A stretch of 64,000 bases of DNA from Trichoplax adhaerens (GCF_000150275.1 NW_002060946.1:2127454-2191453); one strand, 5' to 3'. Counted from the stretch's first letter, positions 25,959 through 39,418 are shown. Notes: generated by a model from the letters alone, not told the origin. Made by a program: numbers and translations.

Positions 25959-27644
25959 ATGATTCGTTCTGTAAGATATCGTTTAAGGGCGCTAAATATT
26001 AAGGCCATTGCTTTATTGGTTGCTATCCTTTTTGGGTTAATTCTTTTCGCGACTCAGCCTCCCTTGAGGAGGAACAAAGTCAACCACAGCATTAATGCCA
26101 ACAAAATAAATGCACGTATTCAATCTAAAACCAATAAGCCTGAGGCTTATGTTAAACCATCTACAAAAGGCAATTCCAATATAGTAAAACTGAAACATCC
26201 TTCAAAAGAAACTGCAGATCAACAGCAGCAACAGGCGCAACAACAACAACAACCAGCACCTGCTGATAATAATGCAGCGGCTAATGCACCGCCTAGTGAA
26301 CGCAAATTTCCTGGACATAGAGTCATCCATTTAGATTTAAAAGGAGCTCCTCCTAAGATGACCTATTATAAAAAGCTCTTTCCTTTCTTGCGTTCGCTTG
26401 GTGCTACAGGAGTACTCATTGAGTATGAAGATATGTTTCCGTATAAGGATAATTTAAAAGTTTTAGCTCGTACTGACGCTTACACGGAAAGCGAAGTCAA
26501 TGCAATTGTCCAACTTGCTGAAGAATTTAAACTTCTTGTAATTCCTTTAATCCAAACTTTTGGCCATCTAGAATTTATGTTAAAGCATCAACAATTTAAA
26601 CATTTACGTGCTCTCAGTACTTCCAAGAAGGCGCTATGCCCTTGCCAAAATTCTTCCTTACCAATATTGCTGGATATGGCAAAACAGGTCATTGCCTTGC
26701 ATCCCAATACCAAATATTTGCACATTGGTGGTGACGAAATCTACGACTTAATGAAATGTACCAAGTGTAAAGCATTAGCTTATAAAAAACATGACATGTA
26801 TTTATTACATATGGTGCCGCTACTTACAGAAATTAAATCATCTTGGCCTGAGTTAACTGTTCTGATGTGGGATGATATGTTGCGCTCATGGTCTGTAGAT
26901 CAAATGTTGACGCTACAAAATTTAGCAACCCCCATGGTTTGGGCTTATGAAGAAAACTTGTCTAAATACTTTCCTCAGACGATGTGGAAAAACTACAAGC
27001 AGGTATTTGGATCAGTGTGGATAGCGAGTGCTTTCAAAGGCGCATTGAGAAAAGATACGGATATCGTTCCACTCAATAAGCATATTGAAAATCAGTTACA
27101 GTGGTTAAAAATTATATCCAACTTAGATGGTATGGAAATTCCTGGCATTGCTATAACTGGTTGGTCAAGATTCGATCATTTTTCTCCACTATGTGAATTA
27201 CTACCAGCAGGTCTTCCATCATTAGCCTTGTGCTTGACAGCTTTGGATCGAGGTAGTGTAAATCCTGAGGTCATACATACTGTATCTGTAGATGCTTTGG
27301 GTTGTGCTGGTAAAATTTATGATGACAGCTCTGGTACTTATCAAGTCCAAAAATGTGGATTTCCTGGCAGTGATGTATTCCTCATTGTTAGTCGCTTAGA
27401 TTTATTACGTAACGAAGCCAAGGGTTTGCACACTCAAATCAAAATATTGGCACAAAAAGGTAGTAAAAAGGAACAAGTTAGTAAAGCAAGAGATATGCAC
27501 ACACGAGTCATGCAATTAAAGGCAGATGCCGAATCATCATTCGATGAAGTTTATAGTAAGTCGGTCACTAGTGCGTGGATCGATGAAAAAGTAGGTCCGG
27601 TTATAAAAATGGCTGAACAGATAGTTAAAATTGCAAGCAATTAA
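25959..27644 (+). CDS. HEXD: GH20 hexosaminidase-D-like paralogue 2, type II signal anchor, polyQ/Pro-Ala stem
   Basis: Single 561-aa ORF with HLDLKGAPP, EYEDMFP, QTFGHLEF, HIGGDE, WDDMLR, ASAFKGA and TGWSRFDH. TM segment AIALLVAILFGLILFA, then a low-complexity stem containing QQQQQAQQQQQPAPA. Probable 5'UTR intron (cag|gtgatt ~25584 to an acceptor at ~25944-25953). Confidence 0.92.
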   Translation: MIRSVRYRLRALNIKAIALLVAILFGLILFATQPPLRRNKVNHSINANKINARIQSKTNKPEAYVKPSTKGNSNIVKLKHPSKETADQQQQQAQQQQQPAPADNNAAANAPPSERKFPGHRVIHLDLKGAPPKMTYYKKLFPFLRSLGATGVLIEYEDMFPYKDNLKVLARTDAYTESEVNAIVQLAEEFKLLVIPLIQTFGHLEFMLKHQQFKHLRALSTSKKALCPCQNSSLPILLDMAKQVIALHPNTKYLHIGGDEIYDLMKCTKCKALAYKKHDMYLLHMVPLLTEIKSSWPELTVLMWDDMLRSWSVDQMLTLQNLATPMVWAYEENLSKYFPQTMWKNYKQVFGSVWIASAFKGALRKDTDIVPLNKHIENQLQWLKIISNLDGMEIPGIAITGWSRFDHFSPLCELLPAGLPSLALCLTALDRGSVNPEVIHTVSVDALGCAGKIYDDSSGTYQVQKCGFPGSDVFLIVSRLDLLRNEAKGLHTQIKILAQKGSKKEQVSKARDMHTRVMQLKADAESSFDEVYSKSVTSAWIDEKVGPVIKMAEQIVKIASN

Positions 27645-29713
27645 TTGTCATTATTGCCTCTAATTAAGTGAATAACATTATAAAAAATATATAGTTTGAT
27701 ATAACCAATTATTAATCCTGTCAGAGTTAGACTTGTATTTTGCCAAAGAAGCCGATGCATTATCGTAATCCTGCTTGTTCATGGTAGTTTCTATACCTTA
27801 TGACATATTCATATTCGGTATACAATATTACTACAACCAATTTTCATTCGTTGAAAGTATAATACTGTACTGTAATGTTTCGTGTAGATATAACAGTTTA
27901 CTATTTCCGCTATCAATGAAATTTTTCTATCTGTGCACAACTTGTTAAAAGGAATACATTAATAAGGTTCACGCGGTACATGATCGCTGTAAGTATTCAT
28001 TATATCAGATAATGAATTACAATATAATTATTCGCCAACCAAAATCGATGGATACTTGTGTTTTAAAAGTGATCTATGACACACTTGATAATATTGACTA
28101 GTTCTACATTAAGTGTAGCTTTTTGATTAACTGTTGTTAACGATTTAGAGATCTGATTCAATAAAATCGACTTTTATAAGTAGTTAGTGATGTGAAGTTT
28201 GGTACACATATATATATATATATACATATTCAGCTATGCTAAACATAACAATTGCGTTGAACTTCTTACTAATGTGTCTATTTCTGTTAATAATCCGTTG
28301 CAATGCTATCATGCATTGCAACAATTATATAGTATCTATGGTGGCACTTTGGGAATCATCTATACAGTATATAGCGCATAGATATATTTTGTGAATATTA
28401 TTGTTTAATTTATGTCATTAATAGCGTATGGTTGTAACTTATGATACTGAACTGCTGAACACAATTAGATACCTTACAATCTATTCAAAATGATACGATA
28501 ACGTGATTGACCGATAATACTCATGCTTATCAGCACCAGATGAAATACGTATCGTATGCTTTTCATGTTTTAATTCTGACTTTACTACTTATGACCAGAC
28601 CTATCTATGGAAGAAGTAAATCATTTTGCAGAAATGCACAATTTTGCATCTCAAATCTTAAGATCTTTGCATAAGTCCTGTTTTTTATCAAACGTGTCGT
28701 GTATATGCGAATCATTAAAATTGCGTACTATATGATAATAAAGGATTGATATATCAAATAATAATGTTGTTTACTGACAAAGGATCTAAGATAACAACAG
28801 GCAATCGTAAGCCAGTTATGATGCCAATTCGTGTCTATATGTAACATTTCTGCAAGGCTATATCACGTAAATGAATTAATCAAAATATCAATCCGTTAAA
28901 GTAGCTTGTAGGATGCTAAATACTCCCATGTCTTACTGTACTGTACATATTTGCAATTGAAATACGAGTATACGTTCGTCTAGTACTGTATATTTAAGAA
29001 ACGGCGAAAGAGAAACTTTAGAGGAGACTACAATTAAGAGAATTTAAATAATTTAACGTTATAGTAAATCATCACATGAGCACAAAACGGATTTGTCTGC
29101 AACTGTAAAATCTTTTTATTTCGAATTGTTACATTAACGATGCTGAATTAGCCTTCGTATTATGAAGCAAATCGTTCTAGTAGACGTTATTTATAATTAC
29201 GTAACGGTAAAGATCATGATAATGACACATACGTATTACGCTGAAACACACATTTATATAAATCTGCTTACACTAATTGTTACATTTTATTAATCATATA
29301 AATGTGTCTAATCTGCAATGAATTAGTTTGCTGCTTTCCCAAGGTATGCTATCCTTGACTTTATTTCAAGCGTCATTCTTACTAGAAATAGTGAAGAGTA
29401 CCCTTTCGATACTACCATTTGTTGATGAATTTCATCTTATTTTAACAGCAGTATTCCATTAAGCATAGCTTATTTTTGATTAAAGCTTCGCTAGTATTAA
29501 AACTGCATGGGTATGAAAACAGTTAATAAATTATCATCGAATACACATAGCAACTAAGAGCAATTGATTTAATAAAACAGCATGACAATACGGAAGTATA
29601 CATATAGTATAATTATAAAGTAAAATTAACGAGTGATTCTTCAAGTATTGCTATGTTCAATTCATCATCCGCTTTTAATAGATTAATAAAGTATGCACAT
29701 TCCAACTCTTATA

Positions 29714-30917
29714 TTAGATCCTCTCTGATAACCAGATTGCAATCCTACAACCACCTTGTATAACTTGTTTGAGACCATCGTATAATGGCGCTTCCGTTGC
29801 ATTATGTTCCATACCTGTATCCAGATGCTCTAATTCTTCGTCGCGAAAACGCTTTATAACGCTTAGAAGTTCCTTATGTTCATCACTATTACTAATGCTG
29901 TCGTCAGCATTACCATGTGCCACAAGTTGGCGAAGTTGATTGTTATAGTGGTCCCCTATCACTTCTTCGACAGCCACCGTACAAGCCATTGCAGCCTCTT
30001 TGCCAAGCATAGCTGTACCAGCTCCTAATCACAGCAAACAAATTGTAGAAATTTTATAGGTATTGTCGGAAATGTTAATGAGAGTAAAATAATTCGGATA
30101 TGAGAATTACCGAAATTTTGTCAACGTTGACGATTTCAAGGCAAAGCAACGCACTAATACTGTACAATTCTAACTTTACTACTCATACACTAATCGTGAG
30201 AGATTTTGTTCTACCACTACATACAGTATGATGTAGTAGCTTGATCAATCATGCGTCAAAATAGTGTGTGGTAAACGTTGCGCTTAACTAACCTAGAACA
30301 TAGCCAGCTACTGTCCAAAGTGGTAGCAAGGCTGTAGGACGTGCACGGTGATCTGGAATTAATTTCTCAAATGTTTGTAGATGCTCCTGTAACAGTACAA
30401 TACAAATAAATATAGCATTCGTTGTAGTTATGGAGGTACGTAGGCTTCTCCTACAATCTATGCAAAAGTAACCATTGCTGCCCATTCTTAGATAGTAAAT
30501 TGAGACTATTGTACAATGTATAGTAGCATACAGTACAGTATATCGATTCAATCCACAGACAATTGCTGAAATCGCTTTTACGTGTATTTAGCAGCTTCAC
30601 TCTGACACACATATACTTAATAAATAGTTTCTATCTACATCTATCAGCCATAACATACACTACAATTTTTAATCTACATATACGCGTATAGACGCTTTAA
30701 TTTCTCGTTGATCCTAACCATCGATACATACCTTTTCTTGTTCCCACATTTTCTTGATGACAGGTCCAACAGGAGTTTTGCCTAGCACAGCTAGTTGGCC
30801 AGCGTAGATTCTATCAGCACCTAATTCACCAGCATGATCAACCCGTAATACCCTATCAATTAGCTTATTATAATCGCTTTTCTTCCCTAATAATCGCGTC
30901 GTGACACGAAACGCCAT
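29714..30917 (-). CDS. COQ7: 5-demethoxyubiquinone hydroxylase (CLK-1), 3 coding exons, ~196 aa
   Basis: Exons 30732-30917, 30293-30386 and 29714-30024 total 591 nt in frame. Di-iron motifs: RVDHAGELGADRIYAGQ, EKEH, RPTALLPLW, AMACTVAVEEVIGDHYN, FRDEELEH. The ATG context gcaacATGG and the basic N-terminus are compatible with a short mitochondrial presequence. Confidence 0.96.
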
Positions 30918-31319
30918 GTTGCAGCATTGGGTCTTCTGCAACAATCAACAAACATACTAATAATGAATCATTAACTGTAAGTAAAAGTATACCAATGGTC
31001 GTTAATCCGCACCACAACGTATAGAGTTTCACACGCATGCTACATACCTTACGAATACAATGTCACCGATTTCCTGATGTTTCTCGGATGTTTCTGGTCT
31101 TAACTAGCCTACCAAGAGCAAAATCGGTTGTCCAACATGAAGGCTGCAAAGCAATTGATTTGAAATTTAGTATCGCTAAGCTACAACGACAACATTGCAT
31201 GCAACATGTACCTTCAAGTCTAACCGTAGTGCTGTCCACAACTCTAGCCGATGACGATATTGCAGTACCAAACACGACTCTAAAAGTGATACTGGTACAT
31301 TACACTGCAGCCAAAAAGA

Positions 31320-31485
31320 AAGAAATATACAGTATTCCCCTGTTACCTATGTACAGTACCATAACTGCAACAATCCTACAGTCTAAAGCGTATTTTTGTC
31401 TAGCTGATTCTCTATATTGTGCTGTACTGTACAGTACATACTGTACAGTATAGCACTTACAGTACTGTAGTCCTAGTACTGTAGT
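31320..31485. repeat. TACAG/CTGTA palindromic repeat cluster upstream of COQ7
   Basis: ctgtactgtacagtacatactgtacagtatagcacttacagtactgtagtcctagtactgtag (31422-31484). Confidence 0.7.
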
Positions 31486-32460
31486 CATTTGAGCTTTTTA
31501 TAGGCTAATTTTAGGGCGATGTGTGTACCGTCGTCTGTCCGCTCGTCTATAAAAGAAAGAAGCGACTGTTGATGTCCACAATCATCTCGGAATTCAATTT
31601 TTGCCTAAACTATATCATATTGCGAAATATATCATATTGACTGATATAGTTTAGAATCTTTACCTATCATTGAAGTTATTATTACTCCATAATCATAGAG
31701 CTAAACACATCTTGTCTATACAGAGTCATTCAGTTTCTACGATCTACAGCAATTTTAATTGAGGCTCTCTCTATTCCCGGAGCCTGATAGAGGAAGATTA
31801 CCTCGCGCATCCGTTTTTATTCTTATGATAATAATAAAAAACTGCCGTTTTATGAATTTCTTACTTAATCACTGAGCTTAATCCTGGTATAGAAGACAGC
31901 ATAACATTATAAGAGTAGGACTTCATGCAAATCCGAACACTGTTAATATATTATATCGACAGGAGCACATAGTTACAATGCTGCGATATTGTATGTAAAG
32001 AGCTTTAGTTAAAAAATAAATAAACCCCCAAAAATGGTGCCCATTTTATACGAGATCGTAGCTACTAGCTAAGGCTCTGCTCGTTCTACTTCGTATACGT
32101 ATTTTACTGAGTACTTGATATGAATTTAATAGACTGCATACATAACTGCTAGAGTTGTATCACGAGTGTAAAATCCACCATAATACTGTAGTTGAAAGAT
32201 ACCTCAGGAAAGCCTCTATAGACGAAACAGTGGTTTATGGGAATAAATAGAATAGGCACATCGGAACTTTATTATATTAGGCTGACTATCAATTGCTGCC
32301 CATATTCACTATATCTGTATACTGAAAATAACACAGTCTAAAATTAGTTCTCAGGCTTATCGATAATAAATGAATGTAAAGTTATAGGTAAGACTCATGC
32401 AGTTAAAACATTAATATCACGACGTACTTCATAGAATAGGAGTATAAACAAATAATAAGA

Positions 32461-32677
32461 CATCAAAGCAATCCAAACAACTATACAATTATCTCCCCTG
32501 AGCTTCTGTATTTATTTATTTTTTCTAGTAAATTGTTAGGTGACTTTTAACGGTAAAATTTTAGATATCAAGCAATCCAAACAAATGCATAATTATCTTC
32601 CCTGAACTCCAAGATTTGTTTACTTTCTTTTCCCATTAAACTACTGTATTAAAAGACTTAAACGGTTAAATTTCAAA
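32461..32677. repeat. Degenerate tandem duplication, ~105-bp unit x2
   Basis: atcaaagcaatccaaacaactatacaattatctcccctgag...gacttttaacggtaaaattt against atcaagcaatccaaacaaatgcataattatcttccctgaa...gacttaaacggttaaattt. Confidence 0.75.
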
Positions 32678-33926
32678 CCACATATCGTACAAATATTTCG
32701 ATTGTCAATTGAACTCAACATGGAAATTGCCATAATACAATACCACCAGCGTTAATGTAATCTACCTCTTCTTTGCATAAACTAACCGGGTATTAATACT
32801 GTATGGGTGTAGTATCTATCTAAAGGTTTGCTACACGAGCTCCTATAATATAATCAATTTAGTAGGGCTGAACAATAGAACCTTCTTCCTAGTTTTTATC
32901 TTTTCCGTTGTATATCTATGAATTGAGACTATGCACTTTCTATTTTACTTAAAAATATAAGTTGATGATAAAAGTATAGCTTAAATCTGATAATTATGTA
33001 GTAATAAATGATGGCTTCACACTAGTCATGTTATTAGTATATTTTTTTTAAAATGGCCATTTTATATTTAATTAATAATATTAATATAGAGTTAGAGCTA
33101 GGACATTCCGATAAGTTAAAATTATTATGAATAATTTCAAAAATCCTATAAAATATTGTCAATATTTTGTTTACTGTAATGTTAACTAGCCGCTGCCGAT
33201 TGAAAGGAGTTGTTAATAACCTTGCTTTTTCAGTAGGTAACGCTAATCGATAACATCCTGTCAATTACCGGTGTGCCATATACAGGTAATCACTGAAGTA
33301 AGACAATTAGCCGATAAAAAATGTGTCTTAAAAGCCAATATTTTTAGAACATTTCTTGAAGGAAGCTTTATAATTAATCAATACTATTGCGTGTATATTG
33401 TTTTCTAATAAATGAATGACACTCATTGGTATGCTTGAAAGTAGTAGAGAACGTTTAGGCTATGATACGATGTCGACCGCATCTTAAATATTTTACATAA
33501 CAAATTCATAATTTTCCATTAACCAAACATAGAATAACATAGCTAGAAACGTAACTAAAATCTTAGAATCATTTATTTAAACTTTATATTATCTACTTGC
33601 TTCGAAGAAGCACAATGGCGTATGGTACATACTATGATAGTATAGCGGTACATACGTATGTAACAGTAGTATATATGCTACGGTCAATCTATATATATAT
33701 ATAACTAATTTCAACATGATTGCGATGACAGTCTATGTTTAAATAATTGATAAATGCTTCTACAAAAGCATAATACCTTTCTATAACACTAGTGCCAGCT
33801 GTATTACTGTAGAACGTGATCAAATTAACGCCCGAAAACGATAGGCTTACAATATAGCTTGAACAATCTCAGACTATGCTTAGTACACATACAAAGAAAG
33901 CAATTACGCATTTTCACTTCTTTAGT

Positions 33927-34043
33927 NNNNNNNNNNNNNNNNNNNNNNNNNNNNNNNNNNNNNNNNNNNNNNNNNNNNNNNNNNNNNNNNNNNNNNNNNN
34001 NNNNNNNNNNNNNNNNNNNNNNNNNNNNNNNNNNNNNNNNNNN
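33927..34043. other. Assembly gap (N run)
   Basis: Run of n characters. Confidence 1.
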
Positions 34044-37000
34044 CGGTAGCTCTCAATATCTAAGAATTTTATTTATTTTAGATTGAAAGGCTATTATAGG
34101 TACTATTCAATATTATCAATTTGATTTAGTAGTCCCTGATCAAAATGGAAAGATTTTAAAGCTGGAGTGTTATTTTATCAATTGCTATTTTGCCATCATG
34201 ACCTGAATATAATTTCATATTTTTAACCAGTACATTAATAGGACATAATAAATAAGGAAGTTAGTACTATACCCGAACAGTATTGTAAATAAAAGCCAGC
34301 TCGAGTTATACAATGCCATTATTAGACTTTTTCATGCTAAAATAATTCTATCAACCTTGTCTAACACTATTTATGTACACACGCATTTATAAACCCGAAG
34401 AATTGATTTTACAGCGAATGAATTAACAACTATATATATATTATAGGCAATAGGATATTTTCTAACACAATCACGTCTTGTGTTTTAAGTATGCTAACAG
34501 AAACATGTAAAAATAGTTTATTCTAATTTTCATCTATTATAACTAGGTAAATTTTTATTTTTACTACCCGATACTGTAAGTTAGTGACTTACTGTATATT
34601 TTCTACGGTAGAGTAATTTCTAAGCTGTAGATACAATAATTTTTTTATTTAATGTGTTTACTGAAAAGTTTCTAATCTGAAATACTATAGTACTGATTAC
34701 ACCTGTCTATACAGCATATATTGATATAGTAAATATTTTAATAAATGGAAATAATTGTACGGTTTGCAGTGCCTAATAAGAATGAAGTATGGAACGCCAT
34801 AGTATGTGTACACTTTAATATTGAATACGAGCGCCTCTTTGATGAACAACATATTTACTACTGGCCCTTTAGTTCAAGTAGAGATAAAATTCACTCATGG
34901 ATTTATTATTGACTATAAAATATCAGTGGCCAACTGATAAATCATCTTTCCTTGAGATTAGCTGATGAAATTTATTATTAAACTTATTGCTAACTATTAG
35001 AACATCAGCAGACAGCTAATAAGTAGTCTATCTTTCTTTTAAGACTAATCAGAAAAAGTTACAGTTAAAACGTATTATAGACAACAAAAACATCAGCCAT
35101 CAACTAATAGCTAGCCTAGTATTCCCTTAAGATTAACTGATTAAAATTTAATATTTAATAAATTTAACGTCTACCTTTTAGTTCTGCCTGATTTAAAAAT
35201 TAATTTCGACACTTAATACAGCCGATCAGCATATCATGATCTAATTTATGAAGAAATTCTACAGTAACTGAATCGATTTAAATACATTATTCTTCATCCA
35301 TCTTTTAGTTCTAACTAATTTTATAAGCTGCTGCAATCATTAATATAAGCCATCAGGCTATCGTTACAATGCTATTGCCTAATTGAAATGAAGTTTAAAA
35401 AAACTGGTTTACAAGTAATAATTGCTTCTAAAATTGCAGCAGTGAACACAGTCTATCAGCCCAATGATACCATAATTTTGGTAAGGTATTGACCAATTTA
35501 AATTCAATATTTCCGATAGCAATGAGCTAACTTATACGTAACGTAATGTAACGCCATGGAAAAGCGTAAAAATTTAATTAATTTTTCGCAGTTGATTAGG
35601 TATATATTCATACTGATACTACAGTTATTACCGTTGAAAGTGAAAAGGATGTTCAAATATGTCAAGGAAGGATATGATCAGGAAAGCGCAACATTAATGG
35701 AGAAATCGTGAAGATTAGCTGACATTGTCTGCAGTTAGATCTCGATTCTCTAAATGGAACTGTCAAATTTGATCATAGACGGACACACTAAGAATCTACC
35801 TCTATTAAAAATCGGCAACTCAAAAGTTCTACCTAATTCTTGACTGACGATTTATTCAAAAAGTTGCTTGATAATAAGAATAAAACACTCTATTAAACTC
35901 CATAAATCAAAGATATATACGTATATACATTCATGTTTGCCTCTTTTCTTCCTCCTACATTGATTCTCTTTCATATCTTCCAAAATACCAGGATAGTCAG
36001 GGTTTTGCTTCGTTTATGCTATTATATATCATTTTATACAGTAAATTAATTAATTTTTAATAAACCCTTTCCAATTACTGTAATGTCTTTTCTTTCCATT
36101 ATCAATTGGATTTACAAGACATAGACGTGACAAAACAATTTAAAAAATATAGTACTTCCTTGTATTAGAGGCTGTTAAATCTATTCTGAAGTTGACGATG
36201 ACGCGTTTTCTGTACGATATTTTGAAATTACAATTCAATAGGATTCATTTTCTATTGAATTTCTACCAACATCCATGTTGTCTAACAGGGCCGATCGCTT
36301 TCGTAGTCTTTAATGATATCTATGACCAATATCTTTTATAAATGGCCAGTAGAAGTAAATAACTAATTCAAATTTTAATGCATTCCAAAACAATATTGTT
36401 TAACATCATTGAAGTTGTTCTCTTACTATGGCATTACTCTCGATAGTATAAACACCCAAATTGGTATTTCAATATTATTTACGCATTTTACTTTGATTTT
36501 TCCTGGCCTACACTTTGAGGTGTCATGTTATTCCTAGCTTGTATAGTAAAATAACATCAGTACTAAAGAAATAGATTGTTATTCTTCTGTTATTACTAAG
36601 AGGTTGCCATGATGAGTAAATAATCTTCCTCTAAGATAAGTAAATAATCAGCCAATAATATTAAAATATTCCTCTTTAATAATACTATCATTGGGGATGA
36701 GCTCTATTCTTGACGTTTTTATTGACGCTATTGCTAAAAATCGTCATTTTTAAGCAAATAATCATTCGCGAAAAAAATTGAAAAGATGCATTTCTCAATA
36801 GATTTTGCTTACTCTTTCGTTGTTTATGAGGTTTAATTTGAATACGGATTGAATTGATTTAGCTTATGGATTCCCCATCTAAACAGTGATATTCAAGAAG
36901 TTTGGATAGAGGACTTTTCTTCATCTATTAATTTATACCAATACATATTGATTTAATAGTATTTTTAATATTCATTGATCTTAACTATAAACTACATGAA

Positions 37001-38590
37001 AATTCATCTTTATTGATGAATGAAGGGATTATCATTTTTTATTTTTTTCAAGTTGTGATTGAACAACTTTAATTAAAAAACTTTTAACTTACGAATAAAT
37101 GAATTTGAAAAAAATTTTTCTCACTCTAATTGAAAGTTTTACTTCCATCCTATTAGCCAAACTACTTTACGATGAGAGTAAAAACATTTTCCACATCGTG
37201 AATTGCTACTCAATCTTAACTTTAGTGTAAAATCATTGGAGTAGATATAACGAAGAAGGAATCAATAATAAAAAATCACGTCTTGTTTTTAATAACGATA
37301 ACATTCAACAAATCATGAGCAGATATGGTCTATTTCATCCAATAAATTAATTGTCAAATTAATATTGACAAAAATGGAGAATCCAACTACTAAGAGTATA
37401 GGACTGAATAGGTCACAAATTGAATCGAGATTGTTTCCTCTTGCTTTTGTTTCTAACTAGCCTCATTAAGAAGTAGGTAGAATAATAGTAATTACTTTTT
37501 TTCATTCTACCCTGTTATTCTAAGAAATCAACATTTTTCCTTGGTTATGTTGACATTTTCGACCGAACTTTTACAATAAATTGAATACAATACAATGACT
37601 TGTTTAACGGGCATAAATTGCTTTTCATTCGATTGCATTAAAGCGCCAACTTGATGTAATAGCTGTCGGACTTTTGTTACGTACAATTGGTATACAATCT
37701 AGATAATATACTGATTAGTTTCCAAGCATTCCCAAATCATTTAAATACAACAAAATAACCATTTCTGGCATTGCTCCTCACTTTGATTAGAATAGTGCTC
37801 GCACTATTTTGTGCATTCTTGGAACAAATAGATTTAGTAGATTGCTCTTACTTCTACCTCAATTTTGATCTCTATCCATTCCACTGTCACCGTTGTTGTT
37901 GTTATTCATCGTCCTGATCGCAAGCTTTCCTTAGAAAATTAATAAGACCGAGGTTGAAATATTCAATACTATCAAGAAATTGCATCACAGGTAAACTATA
38001 GATTGATAAATTCATTAAAATAACTTGATGACATCTGTAAAATTAATGAAAACGCACGTAGACACAAGATCCTTTTTCAAATTATATGAAAATAATATAA
38101 AAAATAAATTGAATCAATCTACTGTACAGTATTGCTATGATTCATCAACAACGTCAGATCTGATAAGGTAGAAAATGGACTAATCAAAGTTCTGTAAGGT
38201 TATTATTTCCACTTAATCAAAGTTCAATATTTCTCGCTTTGACGCAGTATAAACTGCAGGCACAGATGCAAACTTCTTTTTTTCTTTCATTAACCTCCAG
38301 TGAATTCAATTTTATTTCAATTTCCAATAGTTGTAATAGCCAACAATCTGCTTAAAAAATCATTATAGGATATCGTCATACTATTACCTAGCATCTGCAA
38401 TAGATGGAGCATTTTTAGCCTACCACCATACTTACATTTCAACTTGATTCTAACTTGAATTACCTTTGGTAGTCCATGATATGATATATTATTTTGTGAT
38501 CAACTGTCCTATCGTAGTATTGCTAGATCATAATATACATTATTTAGTTCAATATTGAATGGAAATTCATTCATATTTCGACTTAACAAT

Positions 38591-39418
38591 ATGAATAATA
38601 GCAATAACAGTAAATTTGATGATATTATTGAATTTCTTGACCGTACCATTGCATCATTTCGTGGATCACTAAATAATTTTAGGGAAAATTCCAAAGAAAC
38701 TGAACTAACTGCCAGCAAGAAAAGCACTAAGGATAAAAAAAATCGTAAGAATCGCACGCCACCAGGAGCAACAACCAGTCCACGCCATAGTCTACGCTAT
38801 TCAGCTTTGAACAGTCTTGAAAGTGATCAACATTCTCCTAAGAAATTTCACACGATGTTGCATATTATGAAGCCTGACGAATTAACTGGTGTTAAAAAAG
38901 GCAATATTACATTCGGCCTAAATACAACACACAAACATAATAATACAAGCCATGAAGACAACAAAATCAGCTCAAGTAATACTACTCTTGGTGCTTTGCC
39001 TAAATTTGATTACCCAGAAAAAATTGAAATTCTACCTTCAAGTCACGCAAATATACCTAGCATCACGTTAACAACCGTTTCATTGCCTCATGTCCATCAA
39101 ACTGCTAACCATATTTCGACATGTCCACCACCACGTAAAGTGAAAATGGTAAATGAAAAATTGCCAATTAGTTGCCTGCGCGATCGATCATCATCTCATC
39201 ACCATGATCGCAATAAATCGGTCCATTACGTCAACGGCAGCAGCTTGGTCGCTAGCAAGATTAAATCAGCTTATAACAAAGTTAGCAATAAAGGCCACAA
39301 ACGAGACCAACATCGGAAGTCGACCATATTGCCAACCATTAACGAGCAACCCTTAGATAAAAAAGATCCACCTTATCATTGCAGTACTCATTTTGCTGAG
39401 GTACTGGAAGAAATGTAA
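38591..39418 (+). CDS. Hypothetical protein (~275 aa), basic, Ser/Thr/His/Lys-rich, probably largely disordered
   Basis: An 828-nt stop-free frame from the first true ATG, in very AT-rich surroundings where long ORFs are rare. Local GC is raised. There is a short amphipathic helix, KFDDIIEFLDRTIASF. No family recognised. Confidence 0.6.
   Translation: MNNSNNSKFDDIIEFLDRTIASFRGSLNNFRENSKETELTASKKSTKDKKNRKNRTPPGATTSPRHSLRYSALNSLESDQHSPKKFHTMLHIMKPDELTGVKKGNITFGLNTTHKHNNTSHEDNKISSSNTTLGALPKFDYPEKIEILPSSHANIPSITLTTVSLPHVHQTANHISTCPPPRKVKMVNEKLPISCLRDRSSSHHHDRNKSVHYVNGSSLVASKIKSAYNKVSNKGHKRDQHRKSTILPTINEQPLDKKDPPYHCSTHFAEVLEEM

Noticed and set aside
31735-31786. U7 snRNA-like layout (U-rich stretch followed by an aggctc..gagcct hairpin)
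   Set aside because: It lacks the AATTTGTCTAG Sm-variant site and the CTCTTT histone-downstream-element pairing sequence.
35550-36340. Exon-like, slightly GC-richer patches
   Set aside because: The frames I translated contain stops and no recognisable protein, so neither a gene nor a pseudogene can be supported.
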